DNA of 64,000 bases from an uncultured Spirochaetota bacterium (GCA_963745235.1 CAVUXE010000053.1:96001-160000); one strand, 5' to 3'; counted from the first letter of the stretch, positions 30,116 through 40,406 are shown. The notes: generated by a model not told the origin, from the sequence alone. Program-made: numbers and translations.

Positions 30116-30662
30116 TCGTCAAATCATTTCGGCATTTCTGGACGGCGAGATCGAGTCCCCCTGGGACAAGGCAATTGTGGAGCACTTGGCGTCCTGCCAG
30201 ACCTGCCGGTCCCTGCACGCGCGCCTGGCGGAGACCCGCAGGATCCTGAGAGAGGAATCCCTCGCTGACTGGCATGCTCCCATGGAGCGCGTACGGCGCG
30301 CCCTGCGCGCGCAAACGCCTCCGCAGCGCCGCGAGCCTGCTGTCTGGGAAAGACGGGTGAGCGTCCCGCTGCCCCTCGCGGCCCTCGCTGCAGCCCTGGT
30401 GCTCTTCTTCGGCATCACGCTTGTCGTCGTTCAGCTGCGGCCGCGGGTCGGGCTGGTGAGGATCACCAAGGCACCCGCCGGGGGGACGGAGATACAGATC
30501 TCTGCTCCCATCTCGGAGCTCGAAACACTGTTGAAGTCCGTCGGCGCAGAGGATACCGCCCGGGAGGATGTCATCCTCCTGCCCAAGAACATGCGTCTCC
30601 TTCCCGTCGGCGAGCCGCGGATGGGCAAAGCAGCGGAGTTCCCCAAGGTCAAAACATGGTGA
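30105..30662 (+). CDS. Zinc-finger (ZAS) anti-sigma factor
   Basis: C..SAFLDGE..EHLASCQTC (HxxxCxxC) plus TM helix; overlaps sigma gene. Confidence 0.9.
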   Translation: MCPDRQIISAFLDGEIESPWDKAIVEHLASCQTCRSLHARLAETRRILREESLADWHAPMERVRRALRAQTPPQRREPAVWERRVSVPLPLAALAAALVLFFGITLVVVQLRPRVGLVRITKAPAGGTEIQISAPISELETLLKSVGAEDTAREDVILLPKNMRLLPVGEPRMGKAAEFPKVKTW

Positions 30663-31174
30663 GGAGGAGGGTCGCCCTCGCCCCGCTCCTCCTCACCCTG
30701 GCCGCGCTGCAGGCGCACCCTGAGGACAGGGAGCAGGATCCGAAGGAAGCGCTGCAGTCCCTGCTTTCAAACGCGCTGCAGGTTACCATTGCGGCGCGGG
30801 TGCTGCCGGCGGATGAAAAGCCCATCTGGAATGCTGAAAGCACGAAGCTCACGCTTCCCGGCCGGTCCATTCGGGTCCGCATGGATGGTGAGAACGTCCG
30901 CATTTACCTTGTCTGCACCCCGTACGTGCAGGACACCGGAAACGTCCTGCTCCTTGCGCAGGGCCAGGTCTGGTTCGCGGAGCCCACGGAGAACGAGGTC
31001 AAGTATTCGAGCACTTTCTCCAGCATTCCCGTTTCCTTCGGAGAAAAGGTCCTCTTCTTCCCGCTGGGAGTTTCCAGTGAGGAAGCGCAGCAGAAAGGGG
31101 TCGTGAACGTCGAGGTGGAGATCAACATCGTTCCCTATAAGCAGCCCCAGCCCCAACCGCAGCAGCAACCATAG
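30656..31174 (+). CDS. Conserved secreted hypothetical protein
   Basis: Signal peptide; coupled to anti-sigma and downstream gene; QP-rich tail. Confidence 0.75.
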   Translation: MVRRRVALAPLLLTLAALQAHPEDREQDPKEALQSLLSNALQVTIAARVLPADEKPIWNAESTKLTLPGRSIRVRMDGENVRIYLVCTPYVQDTGNVLLLAQGQVWFAEPTENEVKYSSTFSSIPVSFGEKVLFFPLGVSSEEAQQKGVVNVEVEINIVPYKQPQPQPQQQP

Positions 31175-32962
31175 ATGAGCTATCCCCGCAACGATCAATT
31201 CTCTGAGTCTCACCCAATCGAGGACCAGGTCCCGGTTCTCGAGGGAGGGGAAGGAGATGGGGAAGGGACCCAGGACAGGCAGAAGCCGCACCAGCGGATC
31301 CTGAAGAGCAAGGGGTTCATTCCCACGGTCGTCGTGGTCGGGCTCGTCCTTTTCGTGCTCTTGAGCTCGCGCCTTGTCGGCCGTCCGCCGCAGATCGACT
31401 CCATCACCCCGACCAGCGGCAAACCGGGAGACGTGATGATCATCACGGGGCACTACTTCGGCTCCTCTCGCACGACGTCGGATGTGCGAATCTCCGGGGT
31501 GTCCCCGACTTCCTCCGACTACGTTGAGTGGACGGACACCCGAATCAGCGTGACCATCCCCGACGAGGCAACCTCCGGCATCGTCTATGTGATAACGAAG
31601 AACGGCCGCAGCGGAGGCCTTCTGTTCATCAATCGAGACCAGATCCCTGTCCTTGCCTCGGGGCCCGCGAAGCCCGGGGAGCCGTATGTGGGCTCCATCC
31701 AGCCCATGGCCGCGCAGGTGGGAGATACCATCACGATCTCCGGGATGAACTTCGGCCTGGAGAAAGGGGAATCGAAGGTCTACTTCACCTGGGGAGCCGG
31801 CTCGGTGGCCTCCTCCGGCGCGGGCATAGACCTCGTGGATATGCTGCCTGCCCGGGATTACAACATGGACTACATCTCGTGGTCGGACAGGGAGATCGTC
31901 CTTCAGGTGCCGGACGGGGCGGCATCAGGAAATGTCCTGGTGACCTCGGACAAGGGGCAGAGCAACTCGGTCTATTTCGAGGTGCTGGCGGGCGCGGGCG
32001 CGAAGCTCTTTTCCTCTCCCCGCAAGTATTCCGTCCAGTACGGAATGAACATCGCCGTCAACGCCGCAAGCGGAGACAACACGCTCTACCTCTGGATGCC
32101 TCACGTCATCGAGACCCCTGAGCAGACGCGGGTCCAGCTCGTTTCGCAGGACCCGGAGCCCATGGTGGTGAACAACGGGCCCGCGCTGTACGCCCTTTCC
32201 AATCTCCAGAAGGGGGGCCGCTACCACATCGGGCTGAGCTGGATGTTCGACCGATACAGCGTGGAGACGCAGGTGAACCCGGCGAAGATCCCTGCCTCCT
32301 ATGACACGACAACCGACATGTACCGCCATTTCACCGCCCCGGACGTTCTTGTTCCGGCGTCAAATCCTGATGTGATCAAGGCGGCGGCGGGGATCGTGGG
32401 AGGCGAGAAGAACCCGTACTTCAAGGCCCGCCGCATCTACGACTGGATGGTCTCCACGCTCTCGAGCGCTCCATCCACGCAGGAGGGGGATCCCCTGGCG
32501 CTGCTGAAGAGCAAAAAGGGAGACGCGTTCTCCTGGTCTTCCCTCTACTGCACGCTCCTTCGATCCGTCGGGGTCCCTGCACGCATGGTGGCCGGCTATC
32601 TTGCCGGGGACGCCGGGGAGCCGGCGCATCGGCACTTCTGGGACGAGTTCTACATCGAGTCCTTCGGCTGGGTCCCCGTTGACCCGCTCCTGGCAGCGCA
32701 GAAACCGACGGCGGCCAGCCAGGGTCAAAGCCAGGGCCAGGGAACGAGCCTGGATCCGAAGGCGTACTTCTTCGGGAACCTGGACAACCGGCACATAACC
32801 CTCACGAAGGGACTCGAGACCGTCAACCAGATGGACCCCCAGGGGAAAACCCAGCTGCATCGGGAGCTGCCGTACCTGCTCACGATCCACGAAGAGGCCG
32901 TGGGTAACATCACTTCGTATACGAGCTCTTTTGAGGACCTGGTGGTCAGCGGAACGTATTGA
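31175..32962 (+). CDS. Membrane-anchored IPT/TIG + transglutaminase-like domain protein
   Basis: Two IPT repeats (IDSITP..G..ITG..FG; W.D..I...P); LLRSVGVPARMVAGY, HFWDEFY, GWVPVDP. Confidence 0.85.
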   Translation: MSYPRNDQFSESHPIEDQVPVLEGGEGDGEGTQDRQKPHQRILKSKGFIPTVVVVGLVLFVLLSSRLVGRPPQIDSITPTSGKPGDVMIITGHYFGSSRTTSDVRISGVSPTSSDYVEWTDTRISVTIPDEATSGIVYVITKNGRSGGLLFINRDQIPVLASGPAKPGEPYVGSIQPMAAQVGDTITISGMNFGLEKGESKVYFTWGAGSVASSGAGIDLVDMLPARDYNMDYISWSDREIVLQVPDGAASGNVLVTSDKGQSNSVYFEVLAGAGAKLFSSPRKYSVQYGMNIAVNAASGDNTLYLWMPHVIETPEQTRVQLVSQDPEPMVVNNGPALYALSNLQKGGRYHIGLSWMFDRYSVETQVNPAKIPASYDTTTDMYRHFTAPDVLVPASNPDVIKAAAGIVGGEKNPYFKARRIYDWMVSTLSSAPSTQEGDPLALLKSKKGDAFSWSSLYCTLLRSVGVPARMVAGYLAGDAGEPAHRHFWDEFYIESFGWVPVDPLLAAQKPTAASQGQSQGQGTSLDPKAYFFGNLDNRHITLTKGLETVNQMDPQGKTQLHRELPYLLTIHEEAVGNITSYTSSFEDLVVSGTY

Positions 32963-32965
32963 GGG

Positions 32966-34198
32966 CTACTGCTGGGTAGCGGCCTTGCGGCGGGCGCGTT
33001 CGATTTTTTCCATTTTCCGATAGTACTCGGACTGTTTCTGGATCTCCTCCACGTCCGTGGTGGAGATCTTGTTGTCCGTCAGGACCATGCGTTTATTCTC
33101 GAAGAGCTTTCGCACGATGGGGTTCCCTTTTTCACTCGACAATCCCACCATGTTGAGCAGCTCCTTTGGGCCAAGCTGGAAGGTGTACTTCCCTCCCGCA
33201 GCCACGGGCACCCTGTTTTTCTCCAGTTGCAGGAGCAGCGCGTCGTACAGCTTGCCCAGGGGGTCCTGGATGAGCGTGTTGGCAAGCTGCTTGTAGATGG
33301 TCCACAGCCTTTCGGCAAGGACGGTGGTGAGCTTGGTGATGAGCTGCGGCTGGGTCTGAACCATGCGCTCGAAGTTGGTCTTGTTCACCGCCATCAGCAC
33401 GCAGTCCTCGTTGGCGATTGCCGAAGCGGACCGGGGCTTGTTTTCCAGGAGCGCCATCTCTCCGAAGATGTCACCCGCTTTCAGCATTGCAAGGAGCACT
33501 TCGTTGTCCTCAACGATCTTGGTGATCTTGACCACGCCCTTCTGGAGGATGAACAGCTCCGTCCCGGGCTCGTTCTCACTGAAGATCATCGTGTTCTTCG
33601 GATACGTCCGCGTGAGGTCATCACTCGTCTTGCCGAGGTAGACGGCCTTGGCATAGGGATGGATCTTCGCCATCCGCTCTTTTGCCTTGTCCACGTTGGC
33701 ATCCGTGGGGCAGTGCTGGAGGAACTTGTAGTAGGCGTAGTAGGCCTGGTTGTACTGGCTCTGCCGCGCATAGTACTCGGCCACTTTGAAAAGGTGAGTC
33801 GGATCCCCGCTGGCCGTGTTCTTGAAGGTCAGCCGGGTGAGCGCCTCATCCAGGAACCTCATCTTGCGGGAGAAGCTCTGGATGATCTTCAACGCCACGG
33901 GGGCGTTTCTTTCGATCAGGAGGCCGTATTGCTCGCGGTGCACGGAGATCAGGGAGACGTCGGTGAGGGCAAGCGCCGTTTCGATGTGGCTGTGAGACGA
34001 CATGGTGGAAATAACGCCGAAAAAGTCACCCGGAGCCAGGAGGTTGCCCCCTTCCTCCTCCACGACCTCCACTTCCTTGCTGATGCGGACCTTGCCGCTG
34101 CGGATGATGTAGAAGTACTCCGCCCTCTGCTTCCCCTCGACGATGATATACGAGTTACGGTTGAAGTTGACAATCGAGAGTTGCAGGGGGCTGGCCAT
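32966..34198 (-). CDS. Tandem cyclic-nucleotide-binding domain protein with TPR linker (Crp-like)
   Basis: Two cNMP domains (GDFFG; GDIFGEMALLENKPRSASA) separated by a TPR-like helix pair. Confidence 0.9.
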   Translation of the reverse strand: MASPLQLSIVNFNRNSYIIVEGKQRAEYFYIIRSGKVRISKEVEVVEEEGGNLLAPGDFFGVISTMSSHSHIETALALTDVSLISVHREQYGLLIERNAPVALKIIQSFSRKMRFLDEALTRLTFKNTASGDPTHLFKVAEYYARQSQYNQAYYAYYKFLQHCPTDANVDKAKERMAKIHPYAKAVYLGKTSDDLTRTYPKNTMIFSENEPGTELFILQKGVVKITKIVEDNEVLLAMLKAGDIFGEMALLENKPRSASAIANEDCVLMAVNKTNFERMVQTQPQLITKLTTVLAERLWTIYKQLANTLIQDPLGKLYDALLLQLEKNRVPVAAGGKYTFQLGPKELLNMVGLSSEKGNPIVRKLFENKRMVLTDNKISTTDVEEIQKQSEYYRKMEKIERARRKAATQQ

Positions 34199-34358
34199 GC
34201 TATCTACCGTTTTTCCGGTATCAGTATATGGATCGGGTTTTCGGTTGTCAATGTGAAGCAGGACAGCGTTCGACGGTACCGGGGAAAGGGGAGAACGCGA
34301 TACGGTGCGGGGCGCTCGTGTTGGCGCAGGAACCGGGTCTCTGGTATAGTGGGCTTCC

Positions 34359-34931
34359 ATGCGTGACGACGAGCATCTCCGCTGGAAAGAGCTTTCTCGC
34401 AGGCGCGTCACCTCGCATTCCCTCTTCGACCTTCACGTCTCGGAGCGTACGTCGACGCAGGGTGCGCGGGGAGAGTTTCTCATCCTGAGCGCCCCGGACT
34501 GGGTCAACGTGGTGGCCGTCGTGCCCGACGCCGCTGGAGAGGAATGCTTTCTCATGGTCCGACAGTACCGTCATGGCGCGAATGTCATCACGACGGAGTT
34601 CCCTGCCGGCCTGATCGAAACAGGAGAGGACCCGCGCGCGGCAGCGCTTCGCGAGCTCCGCGAGGAGACGGGCTACAGGGCGGGACGGATGACACTCATC
34701 GGCAAGGTGAGCCCCAATCCGGCTTTCATGACGAACTGGTGCTTCACCTACCTCGCGGAGGAGCTGTCCCAGGTCGGGGAAAAATCCCTGGACGATCTGG
34801 AACAGCTGGAGGCAGTGCAGGTGCCCGTGCGGCTCGTCCGGGAAGAGATCGGCACCGGAGAGCTCATCAATTCGCTCGTCATGGTGGCTTTCCTCTGGTA
34901 TACTCGGGCAAGAGCAAAAGACCGAATATGA
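34359..34931 (+). CDS. NUDIX hydrolase (ADP-ribose pyrophosphatase-like)
   Basis: Nudix box PAGLIETGEDPRAAALRELREETGY; QYRHG. Confidence 0.92.
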   Translation: MRDDEHLRWKELSRRRVTSHSLFDLHVSERTSTQGARGEFLILSAPDWVNVVAVVPDAAGEECFLMVRQYRHGANVITTEFPAGLIETGEDPRAAALRELREETGYRAGRMTLIGKVSPNPAFMTNWCFTYLAEELSQVGEKSLDDLEQLEAVQVPVRLVREEIGTGELINSLVMVAFLWYTRARAKDRI

Positions 34932-35959
34932 AAGTGCGCCTGACCAGGCCATTCAGGGTCGCCCTTGAGCTCGCCGTCCTCGCGCTCCTTGTCCTTCTGT
35001 TCGTGAAGGTCCTGGATGTGCGGCAGCTTCGCAAGTACATCGAGCTGATCACCCCGCAGGTCGTGACAGGCATTCTCATTTTTCAGCTTGCCATTCTCGT
35101 TGTCCAGACCTTCCAGTGGGGGCTCATTCTGCGGGAGGCCGGGATCTATCGCGGATTCTGGTGGACCTTTTTTTCGCGCGTGAGCGGCTTTGCGCTCACC
35201 TACCTGACCCCGTCGATGTATTTCGGTGGAGAACCGGTCCGGGCAGGCCTCTACAAGGACAGCGGCATGAGCTATCAGAAGGTGTACGCTACGATAGCGC
35301 TGGACAAATACGTGGAGCTCGGGGCAAAAATCCCCTGCATCGTCGTTGGGTTCTCCCTGCTCGTGTACTTCGCCCACACGGGCACCGTGCTCATATTCGT
35401 CGCGGGCGCCATCATCCTCGTTTTGATCGGGTTTTTCCTTTTGCTTATCGTGAAGCTTTTCAGCAGCCGCACGTTCATCGTCACTTCCTTCAAGCGGATC
35501 CTGTGGCCGCTGGCCCGCGTCAATCCGCGGCTCGCGGTGAAGGTGGTTCGCTCAATGAGGGAGTTTGCCGTGGATGTCCATGAGATCATCCGCAGCAGGA
35601 GGATCTTCTACCTGGCCATGGCCGCTGGCGTCGTTGTGGCGCTGGTGGAGGTCCTGCAGACCTGGTACATCCTTTTCGTTCTGGGCCACCCGAGCCTGCC
35701 CAATTCCTTCGTGATCTTCTCAACCGTAGTGATCCAGGGGCTCATCGGGCTCCTGCCCGGAAACATCGGCGGGATGGAGGGGACTCATCTTTTCATCTTC
35801 AACCTGCTGCGAATCGGCTCCAACGCGAGCCTCGTGTACACCATCATCCTTCGTCTCGGCCAGATGGCCATGGTCATGCTCGGGTTGGGTTTTATTCTCC
35901 TGTGGCGGCTGGAAAAAGAGCGGGTTCGAGGCGCCGATCGGAATCGAACCGATGTATAA
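34928..35959 (+). CDS. Lysylphosphatidylglycerol synthase TM-domain (UPF0104/flippase-like) membrane protein
   Basis: YLTPSMYFGGEPVR, LPGNIGGME, multiple TM helices. Confidence 0.85.
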   Translation: MKVRLTRPFRVALELAVLALLVLLFVKVLDVRQLRKYIELITPQVVTGILIFQLAILVVQTFQWGLILREAGIYRGFWWTFFSRVSGFALTYLTPSMYFGGEPVRAGLYKDSGMSYQKVYATIALDKYVELGAKIPCIVVGFSLLVYFAHTGTVLIFVAGAIILVLIGFFLLLIVKLFSSRTFIVTSFKRILWPLARVNPRLAVKVVRSMREFAVDVHEIIRSRRIFYLAMAAGVVVALVEVLQTWYILFVLGHPSLPNSFVIFSTVVIQGLIGLLPGNIGGMEGTHLFIFNLLRIGSNASLVYTIILRLGQMAMVMLGLGFILLWRLEKERVRGADRNRTDV

Positions 35960-36000
35960 AGGTTTTGCAGACCTCTCCCTTACCACTTGGGTACGGCGCC
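35929..36000 (-). tRNA. tRNA-Cys(GCA)
   Basis: Minus strand GGCGCCG...GAGGT-CTGCAAA-ACCTT...GGTTCGATTCC...CGGCGCC-U; U73 discriminator; CCA not encoded; upstream TGGACA-17-TAGTGT promoter. Confidence 0.95.
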
Positions 36001-36058
36001 TTGACGGTCTCCGGTCTGGGGGAACACTACTGAATACGGAAGGATTTGTCCAGAAGGC

Positions 36059-36901
36059 ATGGTAAGCATCATCATTCCGACGTACAACGAGGCGGAGTAT
36101 CTCCCCCGGCTCCTGAAAAGCATCAAGGCGCAGGACTACCGCGACTGTGAGATCATCGTGGCGGACAACTCTTCTCGAGATGGGACGCGCCGCATTGCGC
36201 GCGCCCACGGCGCCCGCGTGGTGGCCGGCGGGGTGCCGGGCATCGGCCGGAACCGAGGGGCGCAGGCCGCCCGGGGGGAGTTCCTGCTCTTCGTGGATGC
36301 GGATACCGTGCTGCCGGAGGGGTTCCTTTCAAGCATCATGGCGCGATTCGAGAAGGATTTCATTGACATCTGCGTTCCCTGGATACGCCCCATCGACGGA
36401 ACCAATCCCATCTACCGCACCATTTTCCAGTTCAGTAATACCTTCTTCAAGCTCATGGAGGTCATCCAGCCGCAGGGGCTCGGCGTGTGCATCCTCACCA
36501 CACGCAGGCTGCACGCCAGGATAGGCGGCTTTTCGGAGAAGGTGCGCGTGTCCGAGGATTTCGACTATATCAACCGGGCATCCCTCGTGGGCCGCTTCCG
36601 CGTCTACAGCCATGTGTACGTCTACCATTCCGTTCGGCGCTACCAGGCGGAGGGAGTCGGGAGCCTCGTGCAGAAACAGTTCAAGAGCGGGTTCATCTAC
36701 CTTTTCACCGGGAAAGCATACGACACGGAGAACTACGAGTTCGGCACGTTTTCCCGCAACGGGCCGGAGGGCGCGGAGGTGAAGAAGCTCCTTGCCTCCA
36801 TTGATCGTCAAAGCAGGCGGCTGCGGACCCAGATCGAGAAACTGGACGGGAAGGCCGCCGGTTCCAACCATCAGCGATCGTCAGGAAAGAGACGCTCGTA
36901 G
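36059..36901 (+). CDS. Glycosyltransferase family 2
   Basis: SIIIPTYNE, VADNSSRDGT, RNRGA, FVDAD, SEDFD. Confidence 0.92.
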   Translation: MVSIIIPTYNEAEYLPRLLKSIKAQDYRDCEIIVADNSSRDGTRRIARAHGARVVAGGVPGIGRNRGAQAARGEFLLFVDADTVLPEGFLSSIMARFEKDFIDICVPWIRPIDGTNPIYRTIFQFSNTFFKLMEVIQPQGLGVCILTTRRLHARIGGFSEKVRVSEDFDYINRASLVGRFRVYSHVYVYHSVRRYQAEGVGSLVQKQFKSGFIYLFTGKAYDTENYEFGTFSRNGPEGAEVKKLLASIDRQSRRLRTQIEKLDGKAAGSNHQRSSGKRRS

Positions 36902-36980
36902 TCCGGAGCTGCCGCCGCGACACCGTGCCGGCCGCTTTGCTTGACTTCGCGCAGTGCTCTTCCTATCATTTGCGCAGACT

Positions 36981-38207
36981 ATGGACAGCGCGCGTCTTCA
37001 GGAACCTCCGCACGGCGGTTTCAGCCAGGGGCCGCCGCGGTCAGGGGGAGGCGCTGGACGCGGCCGAATCTCTGCCAGGCGGGTGAGAGATGCCTTGAGC
37101 GCGTACCTCTTCATCGGCCCTTCAGCCCTGATCATCGCAGTCTTTGGAATATTCCCGCTCTTCTTCACTCTTTACATCAGCCTGTTCAAATGGCGGCTCA
37201 CGCGGGGCGGGTTCGTGGGACCTGGCAACTATGAGACGCTCTTCGGCGCGAACCCGTTGCCGATCCTCGCCCTTGCGGCCTCCATCATCGGCATCGCAGT
37301 TGCCGCCTTTCTCCTCCGGCAGGCCACCGCAGGGCGCCGGGTGGGGGGGCTGGCCCTCCTTGCCGCCTCCGTGGCAGGGCTCGCCCTGTCGCTGCCCCTC
37401 GTGGCATCCCAGGGAGACGGGGAGGTCTTTGATTCGCTTCGCGTCACCATCTGGTACGCCATTCTGACGGTTCCGGTGCAGCTCGCACTTGGCCTGGCTA
37501 TTGCGATGCTCCTCACCCGAAAGATACGCGGGAGACAGACGTTCCGAGTCCTGTACCTTCTCCCCTACATTGCTCCTACCGTCGCGACGGCGTCGATTTT
37601 CGAGCTGCTCTTTTCGCTGAGGCCCGACTCGTTCGCGAACCAGCTCATCGGGCTTGCCGGGGCGCGTCCCCTGCAATGGCTGCAGGAGCCCCGCGGCATC
37701 ATTCCGCTCCTTTTCGGCATGAGCGCGCCGCAGCCGTCAGGCGTTGTCTCCTCGTACTGGATGGGATGGGCGCAGGGCCCGAGCCTCGCGCTCGTGTCCA
37801 TTGTCTTCTTCAGCTGGTGGGTGTTCGTTGGCTATTACGCCCTGATCTACATCAACGGGCTCGGCTCGATCCCCCGTCAACTCTACGAGGCCGCCGAGGT
37901 TGATGGCGCGGGGAAGGTCCGCAGTTTTTTTTCCGTCACTCTCCCCCTGCTGTCCCCGACCACCTATTTCCTTACGCTCCTCGGGGTCATCGGGACGTTC
38001 AAGGCCTTCACGCATCTCTACGTGCTGCGGACCGCTGCCGCCGCGCAGACCGCTGACCCCATCAGCGTCCAGATATTCTTCACGTTTTTCCGCAAGGCCC
38101 AGCTCGGCTACGCCTCGGCAACCTCAATCGTGCTCTTTCTGATCGTGCTGGGGCTGACGCTGATCCAGCAGAGGACCCTCGAAAGGCGTGTCACGTATGG
38201 GGACTGA
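36981..38207 (+). CDS. Carbohydrate ABC transporter permease
   Basis: EAA loop LYEAAEVDGA, TLPLLSPT; upstream TTGACT-17-TATCAT. Confidence 0.92.
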   Translation: MDSARLQEPPHGGFSQGPPRSGGGAGRGRISARRVRDALSAYLFIGPSALIIAVFGIFPLFFTLYISLFKWRLTRGGFVGPGNYETLFGANPLPILALAASIIGIAVAAFLLRQATAGRRVGGLALLAASVAGLALSLPLVASQGDGEVFDSLRVTIWYAILTVPVQLALGLAIAMLLTRKIRGRQTFRVLYLLPYIAPTVATASIFELLFSLRPDSFANQLIGLAGARPLQWLQEPRGIIPLLFGMSAPQPSGVVSSYWMGWAQGPSLALVSIVFFSWWVFVGYYALIYINGLGSIPRQLYEAAEVDGAGKVRSFFSVTLPLLSPTTYFLTLLGVIGTFKAFTHLYVLRTAAAAQTADPISVQIFFTFFRKAQLGYASATSIVLFLIVLGLTLIQQRTLERRVTYGD

Positions 38208-39087
38208 GGATGGCATGCCCCTGCGCGGGAAACAGGGGCCGCGGCATCCCCGGCTCACCGCGGGCAGGGTGATCCTGTATGCGGTCCTGGCGCTCGGCGG
38301 GTTTGCCTGCGTCCTTCCGTTCCTCTCGATGGCGAGCACGGCCCTGAAGTCTTCCGCCGAAACGATCACTCGTGTCAGCCCGCTGCCCTTTTCACCCGAT
38401 TTCTGGCCAAGCGTTTTTCGATGGGCCAACTTCGAGGAGGCGTGGACGCGTGCAAGCTTCAGCCTCTATTTCCGCAACAGCCTCATCACGGCTGCCGTGA
38501 CGGTGGCGGGGGTGGTCGTGACCTCCAGCCTTGCGGCATACGCTTTCGCGAAGATCCGATTTCCGGGATCCCGGTCGGCGTTTGCGGTCCTGCTGGCGAC
38601 GCTCATCATCCCCGAAAGCGTCTACCTCGTTCCCAACTTCATCATCGTGACGCGCCTGGGATGGTATGACTCGCTGGCCGCGCTCACCGTGCCGTTCATG
38701 GCGAGCGCTTTCTACATTTTCCTCCTGCGGCAGTTCTTCGCGCAGGTTCCGAACGAGCTGGTGGAGAGCGCCCGCATCGACGGCGCCGGGCACGCGAGGT
38801 CTCTGGTTTCCATCGTCCTTCCCCTTTCCGGAGCGCCTCTGTTCACGGTGGCGTTCCTTGCCTTCATCGGCTCGTGGAACTCGCTGCAGTGGCCGCTTGT
38901 TGCCACGCGCACTCCGCGGTGGCGGCCCATCACGGTCGGCCTGACCACCTTCATCTCGGATGCGGGGCCCGAGAACCAGCTCATCATGGCGGGGGCCGTC
39001 ATAGCGATCCTCCCCGTGGTCCTCCTGTACTTCCTTGCGCAAAAACAGTTCACCGAGGCCATTGCCAGGAGCGGGATAAAGGGGTGA
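38197..39087 (+). CDS. Carbohydrate ABC transporter permease
   Basis: LRQFF, ESARIDGA, SWNSLQWPL. Confidence 0.93.
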   Translation: MGTEDGMPLRGKQGPRHPRLTAGRVILYAVLALGGFACVLPFLSMASTALKSSAETITRVSPLPFSPDFWPSVFRWANFEEAWTRASFSLYFRNSLITAAVTVAGVVVTSSLAAYAFAKIRFPGSRSAFAVLLATLIIPESVYLVPNFIIVTRLGWYDSLAALTVPFMASAFYIFLLRQFFAQVPNELVESARIDGAGHARSLVSIVLPLSGAPLFTVAFLAFIGSWNSLQWPLVATRTPRWRPITVGLTTFISDAGPENQLIMAGAVIAILPVVLLYFLAQKQFTEAIARSGIKG

Positions 39088-39088
39088 G

Positions 39089-40405
39089 ATGAAAGGAATG
39101 AAGATGCGGAAGCTTATGCTGGCCCTGGCGGCGCTGTTTGGGCTCACTGTCGTTCAGGCGCAGGCTGATTCTCTTCGCGGGGTGGATCCCTCGGGTGCCC
39201 GCATCACGTTCTGGTACCAGCACTCCGGGGATCGTGACAAGGCCATGCAGGGCATGCTGGAGGAGTTCAACCGCACGAACCCGTGGAAGATCACGGTCCG
39301 CGGGGAGTATGCCGGACCCTACGACCAGATCTACAACAAGATGGTTGCGGCGCTCGCTGCCGGAAGGCCGCCCGAGCTGGTGGTTGCCTACCAGAACCAG
39401 GCCGCCACGTACGGGGACGCGCTTGTTGACCTGGATCCCTACGTCCACGACCCGACGTGGGGGATCGGGGCGGATCTCGGGGACTTCTTCGCGGGGTTCA
39501 TCAACCAGGACGTCTCCGCGCAGCTGGGAGGCAAGAGACTCGGATTTCCCCCCAACCGATCCATCGAGGTGCTGTACTACGACGAGTCGATGTTGAAACG
39601 GGCGGGCATCAGCGCGGCGCCTCGCACGTGGGACGAGTTCGCCACAGACTGTCGCCGGGTCACCAGCGGCGCGCGTGACTCGTACGGCTACGCCCTGGAC
39701 AGCCTGGACGCTTCGCACATTTTTGCTTTTGTCATCTCACGCGGGGGACGCATCACGACGCCTGACGGAAAGGGGTATGCGCTGGACTCACCGCAAATGA
39801 AGGATACGATGCTTTTCATGCGGGGCCTGGTGGCCGGCGGATGGGCGCGCAAGATCGCCAGGAAGTTCGACGATCAGAGCGAGTTCGGAAATGCAAAGAG
39901 CGCATTCACCATGGGTTCCACCTCCGGCCTGACCTTCTACGCGAGCGCCGTGAAGGCGGGCAGCAACGGCCCATTTGCCTGGAACATCGCCCCCATTCCG
40001 CAGTCCAGCGTATCCGGCCCGCCGGCCATCGACCTGTACGGGGCCAGCGTGAGCGTTCCGAAGACGACTCCGCAGAAGCAGCTTGCCGCATGGCTTTTCA
40101 TCAGGTGGTTTTCCGAGCCGAAGCAGCAGGCGGCGTGGACGCACGTCTCCCTCTACTTCCCCGTGCGGAAGTCAGCCGAGCCTTTGATCCGGGACATCCT
40201 TGCCTCGGATCCCCGCTTCGCCGTCGCGTGGGAGCTGCTCAAGAAGGCAGACCTTCGCTCCGAGCCTCCGTTTGCCGGCTATGACCTCGTGCGAGACGCT
40301 ATCAGCGCCGCGTACAACAGGGTTCTCGATGGCGCGGACGCGGACTCCACTCTGAAGGACCTGCAGGCCCAGGCCCAGAGGATCCTGAAAGACTCCTCCC
40401 CGTGA
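39089..40405 (+). CDS. Carbohydrate ABC transporter substrate-binding protein (UgpB-like)
   Basis: Signal peptide, ITFWYQH, PPNRSIEVLYY, APRTWDE, AAWLFIRW. Confidence 0.9.
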   Translation: MKGMKMRKLMLALAALFGLTVVQAQADSLRGVDPSGARITFWYQHSGDRDKAMQGMLEEFNRTNPWKITVRGEYAGPYDQIYNKMVAALAAGRPPELVVAYQNQAATYGDALVDLDPYVHDPTWGIGADLGDFFAGFINQDVSAQLGGKRLGFPPNRSIEVLYYDESMLKRAGISAAPRTWDEFATDCRRVTSGARDSYGYALDSLDASHIFAFVISRGGRITTPDGKGYALDSPQMKDTMLFMRGLVAGGWARKIARKFDDQSEFGNAKSAFTMGSTSGLTFYASAVKAGSNGPFAWNIAPIPQSSVSGPPAIDLYGASVSVPKTTPQKQLAAWLFIRWFSEPKQQAAWTHVSLYFPVRKSAEPLIRDILASDPRFAVAWELLKKADLRSEPPFAGYDLVRDAISAAYNRVLDGADADSTLKDLQAQAQRILKDSSP

Positions 40406-40406
40406 T

